A stretch of 64,000 bases of DNA from an uncultured Candidatus Peribacteria bacterium. Lineage in GTDB: Bacteria; Patescibacteriota; Gracilibacteria; Absconditabacterales; Absconditicoccaceae. The notes beneath the pieces were generated by a model. That model made no database searches, was not told the origin of the DNA, and worked only from the letters and a program-made list of their open reading frames with translations. The stretch is taken from NCBI GenBank assembly GCA_964495905.1, contig CAZBWN010000078.1, positions 1,566 through 65,565 on the forward strand, given 5' to 3'. A program made the translations under genes and the position numbers. The stretch's first letter is position 1; the number at the start of each line of letters is the position of its first letter. Below, piece by piece: positions 22,431 through 34,201 of this stretch.

Positions 22431-22459
22431 CTTCAAATTTATGCAAGTGAAATTTTTTA

Positions 22460-25400
22460 TTAAGGATTTATCCAGAATTTAGGAGTGATATTATTTAGAT
22501 AAGCGACATATTCTGTTTTTTTGTCTTCTAATGTCGGTGATACATCTTTGAGATTTCCGAATCGTCCAGCGGTTAATGCTTCTATATCGAAAATTTTCCA
22601 TGTCTTTGCGAATTCTATATCTCCTCCTGGTCGAGAAATATTGAAAGGATTATCTCCTGCTCTATAGTTTTTGAAGATATCTTTGATCTTATTAGTAAGG
22701 CTTGCTGCTTTTAATAGCTCTAGATAGTTGGTATCAACATCATCTGGGAATACAATTCCTGAATTTTTGATAGCTCTTGTATTAAGGTCTATTTTTGTTG
22801 TTTGTCCGTATGTTTCAAAAACTGCATCTGATACAGATCAACTTATCTTGATGGAATCTTTTCTGTCGCTTGGCATCTTTTCATAAAAAAGATTCATAGC
22901 ATTTAATATCTTCAATTCTGCCTCTTGTTGGTCTTTTCCTACCATTGCTTTGATGTTTACGCTATTGCCTGTACGATCTCGGGTTGTATTGAGATAGTCT
23001 ATATATTTCTGTTTGTTGCTAGATAGTACTTCTGATACGTTGTCTAATTTACCAAACAATCCTCCTGATATCACATCTAGGTTTCCATCTTTGGCATCAA
23101 AAGCTATATCTCCTGTGCTCATATTATACGGAAGCCCTTTTTCTGTTTCCTTCGATTTACAGACTTTTTTGATGTAATTGGTGAGGCTCGCTGCTTTGAA
23201 GAGTTCGAAATAATCAGGGAATGAACGTGGTGTAAATCCTGTCATATTCTTGTTTGTTAGATTGATTGTTGTTGTCTCTCCATACGTTGTAAACTTTAAT
23301 ACGGATAGTGTTCAATCAATATCAACGTTTTTGTCTGCGTTCGGCATGTATTCATAAAATTCATTTATACCTTTATGAATCTCTTTTCTTATTGCCGCAT
23401 CTGTAGTAAGAGCATCTATTTTGCTATTTAATCCGTTATATTCCGGGGCTGCTGGTTTCTCCTTTCATTTAAATGGATTTGGTATGACTATAGGATTTGG
23501 CGGTGCGATTCTCCAATCTCTTAGTCCATTGAGATATGTTATATATTGTTCTTGATATTTTTCTAGAATTGGAGATGTCTCATTGAGAGATCCTTTCTCT
23601 ATCACTCTTGTATCAGTATCTGTAGAAACTACTGCAGAGTCATTGAAGAAGATACCCATTCATGGAACACTATAGAACGGATCTTTCTTCATAGCTAGTT
23701 TATCTTTGCATATATCTTGTATTCTGTTAGTAAGATTTGCTGCTTTAAATGCTTCATAATAGCTATCAAATCTTGATGGAGTGAAGCCTACTAGCTCTTT
23801 TTTGCTAAGATTGATAGTAGATGTCTGATCATATGTTTTGAAAGTCATTGCGTCTCGTGTACCATCGATTTCTATGTGTTTTGGACCACTTGGCATTGTT
23901 TCCCAGAATGTATTGATAGCGAGAAGCAAGTCTTTTTCTTTTTTTGCATCTCCCTTTGCCAATTCTTTGACTTTATCAGCTAATCCTGTTTGATCTACCA
24001 CTTCTATTTTTTTGTAGAATATATCTCCTCTTTTTTCTAAATCTTCGAGACTGGTAGTGTTTTCTCCTGAAATATATTTGTCTATCAGATATTGTGTTTC
24101 AGGATTCATTTTATCATATTGTTTTGTTTCCATAAGATTTGTCACCTCACCGAGTCTTACAATCGCTTCTGCTGCCTTAGTATTGAAATCTCCATCAGGA
24201 TTGTTTTCTAATTTATCTCGAACATTTTCTCATAGCATAGCTTTTAATGTAAGATCTATTACATGTCTTTCATCATTTTTTCCTACGGAATTTTGAAGGA
24301 ATGCTGCTGCAGTTGGGTTCTTTTTCGGTCCGCTTTTGAATATATCCAGCAATGCTTGATATTGATTTGGATCGACTTTTATCCTATCTCCATCTTTGAT
24401 CAAAAAGCTTTTCATCTCTCCATATTTCAGTCCATTGAAGAGAGCAGTTGATCATGGAAATCATTCAATAAATTTGATATGGTTTTCTTTGTCTTGTGCT
24501 TCTTCTTTTTCTGTCTTATTTTTTTCTGTTCTTGCTCCTGTTTCTGTTTCTTTTGAGCTTGATCCAGCACCTGCTATTGTTTTTGTAATCTCTCCTCAAG
24601 TAAATAATTTTGTCAGTCCTTCTCCTTTTCGTGCGTTCAATCAGAAGGTAAGACCTAGAGGAATCCCTACTCGAGCTAGATTTGATCAGTCATATATCCC
24701 TGTTTTTTCTTTTTTATCACTTTTAAATACTATATTATATGCACTAGAAAGCATTTTCCATCCTAAGAAAATTCCTCCGGCTGCAACAGCTATATTACCT
24801 GCTCCTGACCAGAATTGCTTCTGTTCTGAAGTCATATGAGTCTGATCTAATAGATATTTGCTTAATCCATTTATTCCTCATTTTTCAAATGCTTCTTTGT
24901 AATCATTATATTGCGTTGTAAATTGCTCATCACTTTTTTTCCCTGTTCATCTCATATCTTTTTCAAGATTTCCTGTTGTTCCTGTTGATGTTTTGCCAGA
25001 AATTTTATTGAGCTCTTTGAGTTGTTCAGGTGTCGGTTTTATTTTCATCAACTCAAAAAATTCTTTTGTGTGTACAGGTATAAATGGATGTTCTGATGGT
25101 TTGAATGTGTTAGGTTCATTGATCACTTTGCTGAGATATTTTTCCATATCTTGAAGATCCTGGCTAAGTTCTTGTCTTTTTGCTCCTGTGAGTTTTAGTT
25201 CATCCAAAATTGCATATTCATTATTTATTTTTTTGAGTGATTTGGTTAATTTTTTAGCATCTGACTTGCCATATCCTATAATTTCAAAATAAGGCGTTGT
25301 ATCTCATGTTTCTTCAATGATGCTATTTCTTGTAAGGATAAAATCAGGGACTTCTTTACCAAGATCTTCTATCCTATCGCTGAATTGTTTGAGTGTCATC

Positions 25401-26032
25401 TTCATATCCATAGCGTTGGTGTCATCCATCTTCACTTCTTTGATTGTATTGATCTCTTTTTTGTCTTGAGCATCTATATCCCGATCAATCGTGTATTTTT
25501 TGTCTTTGTTATTCGCTAATCGTTCTATCTGTTTCTTCATTTTGTTGAGCTCTTTGATACGTCTCTTTATCTCTATTTTATTTACCTTTCGAAGTTCTTT
25601 GTCTTTTCTGTCATATTTTGTATTGAAAATCGATCCAGAATCTCAGGCCAAATCTTTTTCCTGTTCGAAAAAAGCGATCAATCTCTCAATCTTATATTTT
25701 ACGTTTTCTATGTCAGTCGCTTTTTTCAAAAGCTTTTCGTTTTTTTTGATTTGATCTGCTAAATCAGCAAGATCTTCTTTTGTCTCTGTGAAAACTATAT
25801 CAACTTTAGTCTTTTTTTCAAATTCTGAAACTTCTATTACCGCTTTTTTCTCGGTATCTCGCTTTTCTGTCTTAGCAAGATCTTTATAAAAATCCTGAAT
25901 GAATGTAGTGAAATCCACTTTTCCATTTACTGCAAATTTGTTTACGTTATCGATAGCAAATATATATTTTTCCTTGTCTTGTTTGATTGTTAATTTTTCA
26001 TCAAAAAGATCGTTCACCTCGTTTTGGTGCAA
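22460..26032 (-). CDS. giant (about 1190 aa) hypothetical protein: coiled-coil N-terminal half, central TM segments, three C-terminal repeat modules
   Basis: Seven minus-strand track fragments (25643..26032 down to 22838..23245) share one frame and are separated only by TGA. Repeat motif F(T/V)P..F..Y.E.FKAA.LTN.I...(C) occurs three times. Start uncertain: TTG 26032 is the first start-like codon after an in-frame TAG at 26116..26114. Confidence 0.7.
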
Positions 26033-26159
26033 CTTAGTTTGGAAATCTTTGCTTGTAGAAATTACCTGATCGCCATATGGTTCTCAGATTTCTGCTCTTT
26101 GTATAGGAAGTTCTCTAGTTGTTAACATCCGTATAGGGTAAATAAAACTTTATACACTC

Positions 26160-26188
26160 AAGTATATCCACAAAAGAGAGAATTGCCA
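26160..26188 (-). promoter_or_regulatory. putative sigma70-like promoter of the giant gene
   Basis: Minus strand: TTGGCA (26188..26183), 17-nt spacer, TATACT (26165..26160). Confidence 0.45.
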
Positions 26189-26202
26189 AAAAACTTGCTT
26201 TA

Positions 26203-26231
26203 AATAAAAAAATAGGGTTGACAAAAACCCT
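26203..26231 (-). terminator. rho-independent terminator of the 26261..26860 gene
   Basis: Minus strand: TAGGGTT-tttgtc-AACCCTA followed by T7. Confidence 0.65.
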
Positions 26232-26260
26232 AAAAATGATTGAAATCGCTATTTTGCGCA

Positions 26261-26860
26261 CTATTCGTTAAGGGAAAGTTCTTTTTTGATGGTATCTTCA
26301 AATTCTATGGCTTTTTCTGTGGAAAGTTTCTCTGTCAGATGGTAATATTCTGCTATGTGTGTCAGTAGCTTGGTAAATTCTTTCTTATCTATCACGATAT
26401 TGTCATGATATTTAGGGAGTAGCTTTTTGATATATTCAATGTATTTAGTCAAATGAATATCACCATCAAAATAAAAAATATCCTGATAGAATGATTGTAG
26501 TTCTAACTCTTTGATTTCCTCTTGATAAAAAGGCATAAATATACCCACAACTACTACAGTATTCATACTTTTCCTTAAATGTACAAGTTCTGTCTCTTCG
26601 TTTCTTGTTTTGAAAAATACGGTATATATCTGTTTTATTACATGATCGTTTTTGATATCTTTCAATAAAAATGCAAGAAATTTAGCGAACTTAGCGTTGG
26701 TTGCTTTATCATTTTTGATATCTTGACTTACTTGTTGGGCTTTTTTCTGGTCATCTTGTATCCTTCTTATTGCAGCTTCGGTGATTTTGTTGCTATCTTC
26801 CCTGACTTCTCATCAGACATTAATGCCGTCTAACCCGGTTCATCCTACTTCGTCTGCCAT
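26261..26860 (-). CDS. hypothetical protein (199 aa)
   Basis: ATG 26860..26858 (MADEVG-G-TGLDGINV-GG-EVREDSNKITEAAIRRIQDDQKK...) joins track ORF 26261..26665 in frame. 600 nt. Confidence 0.6.
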
Positions 26861-26990
26861 AGTTTTTTACTAAATGAGTAAAAAATTGCTTATTTACGCT
26901 TGAAAATGTATGCTTTTGTTCTTGAAATTCAACAGTAATTATATATACAAGCACCACACGATTTTTTTGTTGTCCCAAAAACCTTGAAAA

Positions 26991-27077
26991 GGTGAGGTGG
27001 ATGAGTGGTCGAAGTCAGCTCACTGCTAACGAGTCGGACGAGAAATCGTCTCGGGGGTTCGAATCCCCCCCTCACCG
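26991..27077 (+). tRNA. tRNA-Ser (anticodon GCT)
   Basis: GGTGAGGTGGATGAGTGG...CTCACTGCTAACGAG...long variable arm...GGGGGTTCGAATCCCCCCTCACCG. Acceptor GGTGAGG/CCTCACC. Confidence 0.9.
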
Positions 27078-27087
27078 AAGGCAACAT

Positions 27088-27161
27088 GGCTCTGTAGCTC
27101 AGCAGGTTAGAGCGCGTCTCTCATAAGGACGAGGTCGGGAGTTCGAGTCTCCCTGGAGCCA
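27088..27161 (+). tRNA. tRNA with CAT anticodon (elongator Met, or Ile2 if lysidine-modified)
   Basis: GGCTCTGTAGCTCAGCAGGTTAGAGCGCGTCTCTCATAAGGACGAGGTCGGGAGTTCGAGTCTCCCTGGAGCCA. G1-C72 pair and no GGG/CCC anticodon stem, so not an initiator. Confidence 0.85.
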
Positions 27162-27218
27162 ATTCAAAAAGAAAACCGTCATTCAAAAATATCTTTATTT
27201 ATTATTTATCTTAATCTT

Positions 27219-27392
27219 ATGGCTAAAAAGAAGTGATGAAGAATTATTGTTGCAATGCAATGTAAGGACTGTGGAAAGACCAATTATCACACGACTATAA
27301 ACAAGACCAACACTCAAAAATTGGAATTGACTAAGTACTGTAAACAAGACAAGAAAAAAACATCTCATGTATCGAGAGAAAAATTGAAATAA
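27219..27392 (+). CDS. rpmG: 50S ribosomal protein L33
   Basis: MAKKK-GG-RIIVAMQCKDCGKTNYHTTINKTNTQKLELTKYCKQDKKKTSHVSREKLK. 174 nt. Confidence 0.88.
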
Positions 27393-27453
27393 TCCTATTG
27401 TTTCACACCGATAAAATTATCGGCATATCTTTTAATTTATTTATACATTTACT

Positions 27454-27753
27454 ATGTTAGTAATTAGACTTTCCAGACATTGAAGAAAAAATTTAGCTAT
27501 TTATAGAGTTGTTCTTTCAGAACATACTAAACCCGTCAAATTCTGATACAAAGAAGTATTATGATCATATGATCCTCAAAAACATGAATTCAAAGCTGAT
27601 GTAGAATCTATCATTTCTTGGATCGGAAAATGAGCTCAACCTTCAGAAAGAGTGGCAAAACTTTTGTTGAAAGAGACAAAAGATGAACTCTTCAATAAAT
27701 TTATAGAACACAGAGAAAGAAAGGGAACAACTAAAAAGGAAGAAAAGAAATAA
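27454..27753 (+). CDS. rpsP: 30S ribosomal protein S16
   Basis: MLVIRLSRH-G-RKNLAIYRVVLSEHTKPVKF-G-YKEVL-G-SYDP...WIGK-G-AQPSERV. 300 nt. Confidence 0.9.
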
Positions 27754-27784
27754 TCAATTCCTTTAAATCTTTTTTCTTTTTACC

Positions 27785-28228
27785 ATGAATACTATCTATT
27801 CTAATGCTGATTTTCAAAATGTCATCTTGACTGTTTTGGCCTTGGTAGTACTTTTGGTGATTGTCTGATGCATATATACTTTTATTCGTGCAATCATTCT
27901 TTTCGTTTTTTCTCATAGCAAAGAAGAAAATAAGAAAAAAGGGCGAAATAGCATCAGATTTATGATTATTTGAGTTGTTTTGACTATTTTTCTTTTGGCT
28001 ATCGTTCCTGTTGTTTTAAAACTCATGAAAGTACCAGAATATAGTAGCTATACTGCACCAAGAATTTTTAGTAGGGCAGGTGAGCTTGTAAATTGACTTT
28101 TTAACCTTGGTAATGTAATCACACAAAGTCAACAAAACAGTCAGTATAATGGTCAACTCTATCAAAATATTGATTCTTCCAATCCACAGCTTCCTCAGCC
28201 TATTACAAATGATACGTATAATCTCTAA
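27785..28228 (+). CDS. hypothetical membrane protein, TrbC/VirB2-pilin-like topology
   Basis: Two TM helices separated by a short basic loop (..FVFSHSKEENKKKGRNSIRFMII-G-VVLTIFLL..), Q/N-rich tail. 444 nt with TGA=G. Confidence 0.5.
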
Positions 28229-28322
28229 TACTTTGCATATCGAACAATTAAAATATATTTGAAAAAGTGTAATAAATCATTACCACTTTCACTATCCATC
28301 CTTTTAATTCTTCCATTTTGAG

Positions 28323-28964
28323 ATGCATAAAAAATTTAATCTTCCTGAAAAAATCTCGAAATTCGCTCAAAAATTCTGAAGATTCACTAAACATCAAAAA
28401 ATATTTGTTCTCTATCTTTGGGCACTTTCTTTTTTTCTTTTAGTGTTACCATTGATTAAAATTTCTCCTGTGAGTGCTACATCTCACTCAGTACGATTAT
28501 TTAGTAAGGGTCTATTTACAAGTTTATTGATTATTCTTGTAAGTATGACTGTACTTTTGAGTTGGAATATGAGCTTTAAATTTAAAAATTTCATCATCGG
28601 ATATTTCGGATTCAAAGAAAATGATTCACTTTTCAATTTTGGATTCTTATGGATCATTGCAACAGCTTTTCTAGTTATGGGTGATGCAATCAGAGTTGTA
28701 GGAAACACTACAGATACTATCAAACTTAGCTGATCATATTATTTCATCCAACTCTTTTTACTTTTGGGATTAGTATTGACTCTAATGTCTGTGCTTAAGC
28801 ATGCTAAAGAAAATTCTAATAAGACTAAGATTGTTAACGTTGTAGATGAAGATGCTATGAAAGATATCCAACATAAAAAATCATTCAAAGGGCTCTTTGA
28901 TGAAGAAGAGGAGGAAGAACAACCAAAACAACATCATACTATCCATGAACATCATTTTGAATAA
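28323..28964 (+). CDS. hypothetical polytopic membrane protein with acidic/His-rich tail
   Basis: ATG 28323 joins track ORFs 28443..28733 and 28764..28964 in one frame via TGA. Tail DEEEEEEQPKQHHTIHEHHFE. Confidence 0.6.
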
Positions 28965-28995
28965 TTTTTATTTGATTGTTTCCAATTAATAGATC

Positions 28996-29196
28996 ATGAT
29001 AAGCATCAACAATCAATGTATAGGATGTGGCATGTGCCAAAGCATAATTGATACTGTTTTTAAGGTTGAGGGTATACCAGCAAAAGTCATCAGACAACCA
29101 AAAACACCTGAAGAAGAAAAATTATGTGAACAAGCAATAGAAAGTTGTCCTACACATGCTATACTTAATGATGCAAATATGAAAATGGCAGCATAA
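28996..29196 (+). CDS. small ferredoxin (single 4Fe-4S cluster type)
   Basis: CIGCGMCQ ... C..AIESCP, 66 aa, intact in the track. Confidence 0.75.
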   Translation: MISINNQCIGCGMCQSIIDTVFKVEGIPAKVIRQPKTPEEEKLCEQAIESCPTHAILNDANMKMAA

Positions 29197-29214
29197 TCGT
29201 GCTACAAAAAAATA

Positions 29215-32200
29215 TTATTGCTGAAAATCGACAATCCATGGTAAGGAAAACTTATACGGGGTTGTTTTTTTCTTATCTCGCAAAATCGCTCTTACTTGAT
29301 CATTATTAGTGAGGTCGCTTGTAAAATCAGAAAACTGGCAAGGACATTGATTACATGTTCCTACATTGGGAATATTAATACATAACTTAACATCTTGAGG
29401 GCAGCTAGTACAGGTTTCTCATTGATCTATGATTCCATTTCCACACATTTCTGGCATATCAATACATAGTCTGACATCTTGCGAACAATTATTACAGGTT
29501 TCTCATTGGTCTATGATCCCGTTGCCACATAAAATACTGCCTGATACAACGATGCCTGTTCATTTTCATTCACATGTTCAATAATCTTGAGGACATATTT
29601 TACAATCTTCATTTGGTTCTTTTATGCCATTGCCGCATGTTCAGCAATTAGGGATATCTTGCGGACAATTTTTGCAGTTTTCTCAATCCGCTTGGATACC
29701 ATCTCCACAAAATGATGTACAGGTTCCTACATCTTTAGGACAATTTTTACAGTTTTCACCTGGATTTATACTACCATCCCCACAAAAACCACCACCAGGT
29801 ATAGTACCTGTTATACCGATTATTCATTCACATATTCAGTAATCTTGAGGACAAATTTTACAGCTTTCGTCTGGTTCTTTTACTCCATTGCCGCATATTC
29901 AACAACTAGGGATATCTGCTGGGCAGTTTTTACAGGTTTCTCATGGCGTTTGGATACCATCGCCACAAACGGAATTACAGACTCATATATCTTGAGGACA
30001 ATTATTGCAATTTTCATCTGCATCAATACCCCCATTTCCACATGAAGGCAGGGGTATCGTAGTATCAGTAGGTTTTACGATAATGACATCATTGGTGATA
30101 CCAACTAATCCGGCTATACCTTGTTGGGTACATCAAAGTTCCAATCCTATTTCTGGACAACCGTCTTCATCATTCATTCCATTCCATGTCTCTTGGATAG
30201 TAGGACAGAGATCTTTGTTGTCTGGTATTCCATCTCCATCAGTATCTATTCAATTTCCATTTCCGCTTCCTACAACTAATGCTGTGTCTTGTATATCACC
30301 GATACCATCTTGATTGAGATCGAGTTGGTCAGCATTATTCTTAAAAGGTGCATTATCAAGTGAACATATATTCTGATATTGTTTTGCTAATATCTCTTGG
30401 TTGAGGTTTGCGTTTGATTTATTTGGATCGCTTTCATAGGTACAATCTTTGTTTTCAAAATTTATCAGTCAAAGTAAATTTTTTATATCATCACCATCGA
30501 TATCTGTATCACAGATATCAGGTATTTTATCACCATCTAGATCACATTTGTAGGTACTTGTCATATTTCATTGTAGTTTCGCATCTAGACAGATATCTGT
30601 TCCGTTGATAGCTATGGTTGCTTGATTTTTTAGATACGTACATTGATTTATATATATACTATCTTGTGGTGTCAGTGAACCGTTTTTTTGATAGATATGT
30701 GTAAAGATACTCGGCATTTTTTCTGTTCATGGTTTTTGTTGTGTTGTTCCATCTGAAAATTCTGCTATTTGAGTAAGCGGTGTTTTGAGAAATGTTCCTA
30801 TGATACTTGTGGTGAAATTTATTTTTTCTCATATATTTGCAATCAATGAAGAAGGTATCATAAGCAAAGCATATGATGCTAACAATGATTTATCCAATAC
30901 ATTGATAGTGATCATATTCGTCATCTTCTTTTCATTGATAAGGTGTATTGTCTGTGTAATCACTCTTTTTCCTGATTTGGCATATATATATTCCATGGTG
31001 AGTGCGGTATTATTTTTTTTGATTTCATCTCAAAAATCCCGATCTATGCTTACAATATCATCTTGATTGATATTATAGGTATCGGTATCAAAAAGAACTT
31101 TTTGATTAATCTCGGGGTTTGCCATATTGCTCTTGAGTATTGCTCATTTTCACTGATCTATTCCTATAGTGAAATAGCTTATCCCGGCTATTTTTCCGTT
31201 TCTATATCCTTTTACTAGTACGGGATTTTCTCCTGATTGTTTGAATATTTTTTTGAAGCTTTGATTGACTGGTTTTTTGGAAGTGATATTCTCTTTTTGG
31301 AATATCCATTCGAGTTCATCAAATTTACCTAATAATGAGGCAGATAGTGTACTTTCGGTGTTAGTTTTTCCTCAAATACTACTTGCTCTTGTTTGAAGTG
31401 CTTTATCATCTCCTACTTGTCCTCATATGATTATAATAACTTGTGCCTTAGCATTTATACTATCTCCTTTTGCTACTGCCTGTATATTATACATCCCCGG
31501 TAAGAGAAAGGTATGTGTGACTGGTGTTCCTTTTCCTTGTGTTCCGTCTCCAAAATCTCGAATGATATCATTTACTTTCCCTTTGCTTACTGCCGTAAAT
31601 TTTGTCGTTACAGGTGCACTTCCTTCGAGCTTATCCATATTGATGTAGAGTCCTATTTGATTGCTTGAATTTTCACAGGCATCTCAAATGCTATTTTTAT
31701 CGGTGTCTTCCTGTCCTGTATTTGTTACAAATAAACAGTTGTCCATATTTTTTGTTTGTTTGGATATATCTATCTTTCATTCTTCATCTACAATTCCTAA
31801 TGGATTTTTTATGGCATCACCATCGATATCTTGCGAACAGACGTCTCCTATGTTATTACTATCTGTATCTTTTTGTGATGGATTATAATCGTTTGGGCAG
31901 TTATCCTGTATGTTAGTAGGTCCATCACAGTCATAATCGTTATTGAACGCACAATTAACTTTTCCATTGAGTTTAAATAATGTATCCAGTACTGTTTTTC
32001 CATCAATATCTTTATCCGTGTTGGCTCGTTGGCTCTGGTTGATATCTATGATATTCTGGCTATAGAGAAGATTGAGTTCGGCAACTGGCCAATATCATTG
32101 CTTTATTTTCCCCACTTCTTTCATGTTACATTTTGTGACATTGAACATACAATATTTCAAGTAGAGATTCACTTCAGTATTGTTTTGAAGAGCACAGATA

Positions 32201-32796
32201 TTGTCGCATGATTTACTCTTTTCGGTAATGCTTTTTATTTCATTGCTATTGAAATTTTTTGCTTCATAGCTATCAGCTTTGAGATTAGTCACTCGCGTAT
32301 TCACTTCTTTTCGGTTGAGGCTCATATCCTTGTAGATATATTTTGCAATGATATTGATCACTACTTGGATAAATTCTGCAGTCGTAGTATTTTTAGTTCC
32401 ACAAAATTGTCCCCCACATACCGGGCTTGTCGCTTTTGGGTATCCTCTCATATACGTGTTGTCTCACACGTAAGCGACACAATAGTAGTAAGAAGAGGCA
32501 TTATATAGTCATCATCAGAAACTGATGTCTGCAAAATCTTTGCCTGATCCAAATGCAGACCAAAAGTTTTGCACATATTTGTTGAGCATATCTTGGTTGG
32601 GCTTGATACAATCCTTACATTCTACGATATTGAGTAATCTTGCAAGATCATAACGTGAAATGCTACTTTGTGCTTCTACATTTTTTACATCCAATCCCAT
32701 GGTTTGTAACTGATTGGAAAAATCTTCGTAGGTAGCAAATACCGACGTTCAAAGCAGTCAAATCAGTGATAAAAGTATTCAGAAATATTTCTTCAT
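29215..32796 (-). CDS. giant (about 1193 aa) secreted protein: TSP3-like Ca-binding Asp repeats, PKD-like domain, C-terminal array of Cys-rich CGNG/CGDG repeats
   Basis: ATG 32796 with signal peptide MKKYF-G-ILLSLI-G-LL-G-TSVFA. Track fragments 32515..32700, 32095..32451 and 31423..31638 are in frame. DTDSNNIGDVCSQDIDGD and DTDKNSIGDAC repeats. PKD-like ...RDFGDGTQGKGTPVTHTF..PGMYN. At least six repeats such as CGNGIKEPNEDCKICPQDY and CGDGIQADGENCKNCPQDI. TAA 29217..29215. 3582 nt. Confidence 0.8.
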
Positions 32797-32943
32797 CTAT
32801 TTGTTTTTATTTTAAAAGAGGATTTCTGTATATATAGTATACGTAAAATCATTTTTTTTGCAATTAATTTGTCTCTGTATAGCTCTTGTTTCTTTTTGCT
32901 TTTTTTATACATATAGAGCATATATTTATTGTTTTGTACTGTT

Positions 32944-33717
32944 ATGTTTGATAAGTACGCCAACCTCAAAGATTTTATGCAAGGAAATGATTTTGCTGGT
33001 ACTAAGCCGGCTTTTTTGGAGCATCTGTTAAATAAACTCAATGAACATATCGCCAAAAAAGGGAAAGTCCTTCTCCTTACATTGACCAAAAAGTCTTCTG
33101 AAGAAGTGACGAATTTTCTTATTTCCAAAGGATATAAAGCGTTCTATTTACATAGCGAGATCGCTACTATGGATCGTCGAGAGATCATCAATAAATTGAA
33201 AAAGGGCGTGATCGATATCATCGTTTGAGTGAATCTGTTGAGAGAGGGGATTGATCTTCCTGAAGTCAGTTTCTTGGCTATCCTAGATGCTGATAAGGAG
33301 GGATTCCTTCGTTCTACGACATCACTTATCCAGATTATCTGACGTGCTTCCAGAAATCCGCATAGTGAAGTGGTCTTGTATTCAGATAATTTTACTGAAT
33401 CGATGGTCAAGGCATTGCGAGAGACGTATCGTCGTCGTGGTATCCAAGATAGATATAATAAGAAACATCATATCACTCCAGAAAAAGCTGAATCCAATGT
33501 CAAAGAATTACATGTCGTCAAAACAGATGAGGTGCTTGCACAATCTTTTGATAAGCTTACGAGAGGAAAAACTAAAAGACTCAAAAGAATGACGAAAGTA
33601 GAAAAAGAGATCATCCTCAAAGATCTAAAAAAACAGCTGGATGAATCCATAGCTGCTTGGAAATTTGAAGATGCTGCAGTTATTCGTGATCAAATAAAAG
33701 AGATATCAGGAGAATAA
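32944..33717 (+). CDS. uvrB: UvrB C-terminal fragment only (helicase domain 2 plus UVR domain); N-terminal ~60% of uvrB absent
   Basis: [103 protein letters not shown] motif [11 protein letters not shown]. In-frame TAG at 32914..32916 closes the frame upstream, and the neighbouring upstream DNA is a divergent gene. Confidence 0.8.
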
Positions 33718-33742
33718 AATATTTAACATAATAAATAAAATC

Positions 33743-34201
33743 ATGAAAAGGATGTTTATTCTGTCTATATTAAATATTTTAACGCTTTGTATTATAATTA
33801 TTGCGGTAAGTATTTTTTTTCTTGATAATGCTCGACGGATGGGTTTTCTTTTGATCGTTTTGTCTTTCCTTTGTATTGTTTCTCTCATACCTTTTAAAAT
33901 ACCTCTAAAATCCGTTCAGCCAGATATCATATTTGGTTTGATAGATAATGGAATTTTAGCTGTTTTAGCTATCTTTGGAGGTCATATCGCTTGAGTAACT
34001 TGAGCGATTTTGGGTGGTGTTGTCGGTAATGCAATAACAGATGGTATAGCTGGAATTTTTGAAGGACATTATGCTGAAAAATTAAGATCAAGACTAATTT
34101 CAGAAGAAAGAACAATGCTTAAATCAGCTGTTGGAAAAATGGCTGGTTGTCTTTTAGGTGCAGGTGTTGTTTTAGTTATTGCTAATTTTATTGGGTTTTA
34201 A
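33743..34201 (+). CDS. hypothetical membrane protein
   Basis: Track ORFs 33743..33994 and 34010..34201 joined by two TGA. Gly-rich TM helices (GNAITDGIAGIFEG). 459 nt. Confidence 0.6.

Noticed and set aside
24396-24839. A 147-aa plus-strand ORF, with other plus ORFs between 24057 and 25754.
   Set aside because: They are antisense to the single-frame 1190-aa minus-strand gene. All seven minus-strand fragments share one frame.
26062-26127. ATG 26127 considered as the start of the giant gene.
   Set aside because: It is out of frame by one nucleotide and terminates after 21 codons. It is kept only as a possible uORF or homopolymer-error hypothesis (see findings).
29624-30608. Plus-strand ORFs rich in Pro/Gln/Ser/His (72-102 aa).
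   Set aside because: They are antisense to the Cys-rich repeat region of the 1193-aa secreted protein. The periodic repeats on the coding strand keep the antisense frames open.
32793-33128. A 111-aa minus-strand ORF overlapping the uvrB fragment start.
   Set aside because: It has a basic low-complexity translation, lies antisense to the clearly UvrB-like plus frame, and spans the AT-rich divergent promoter region.
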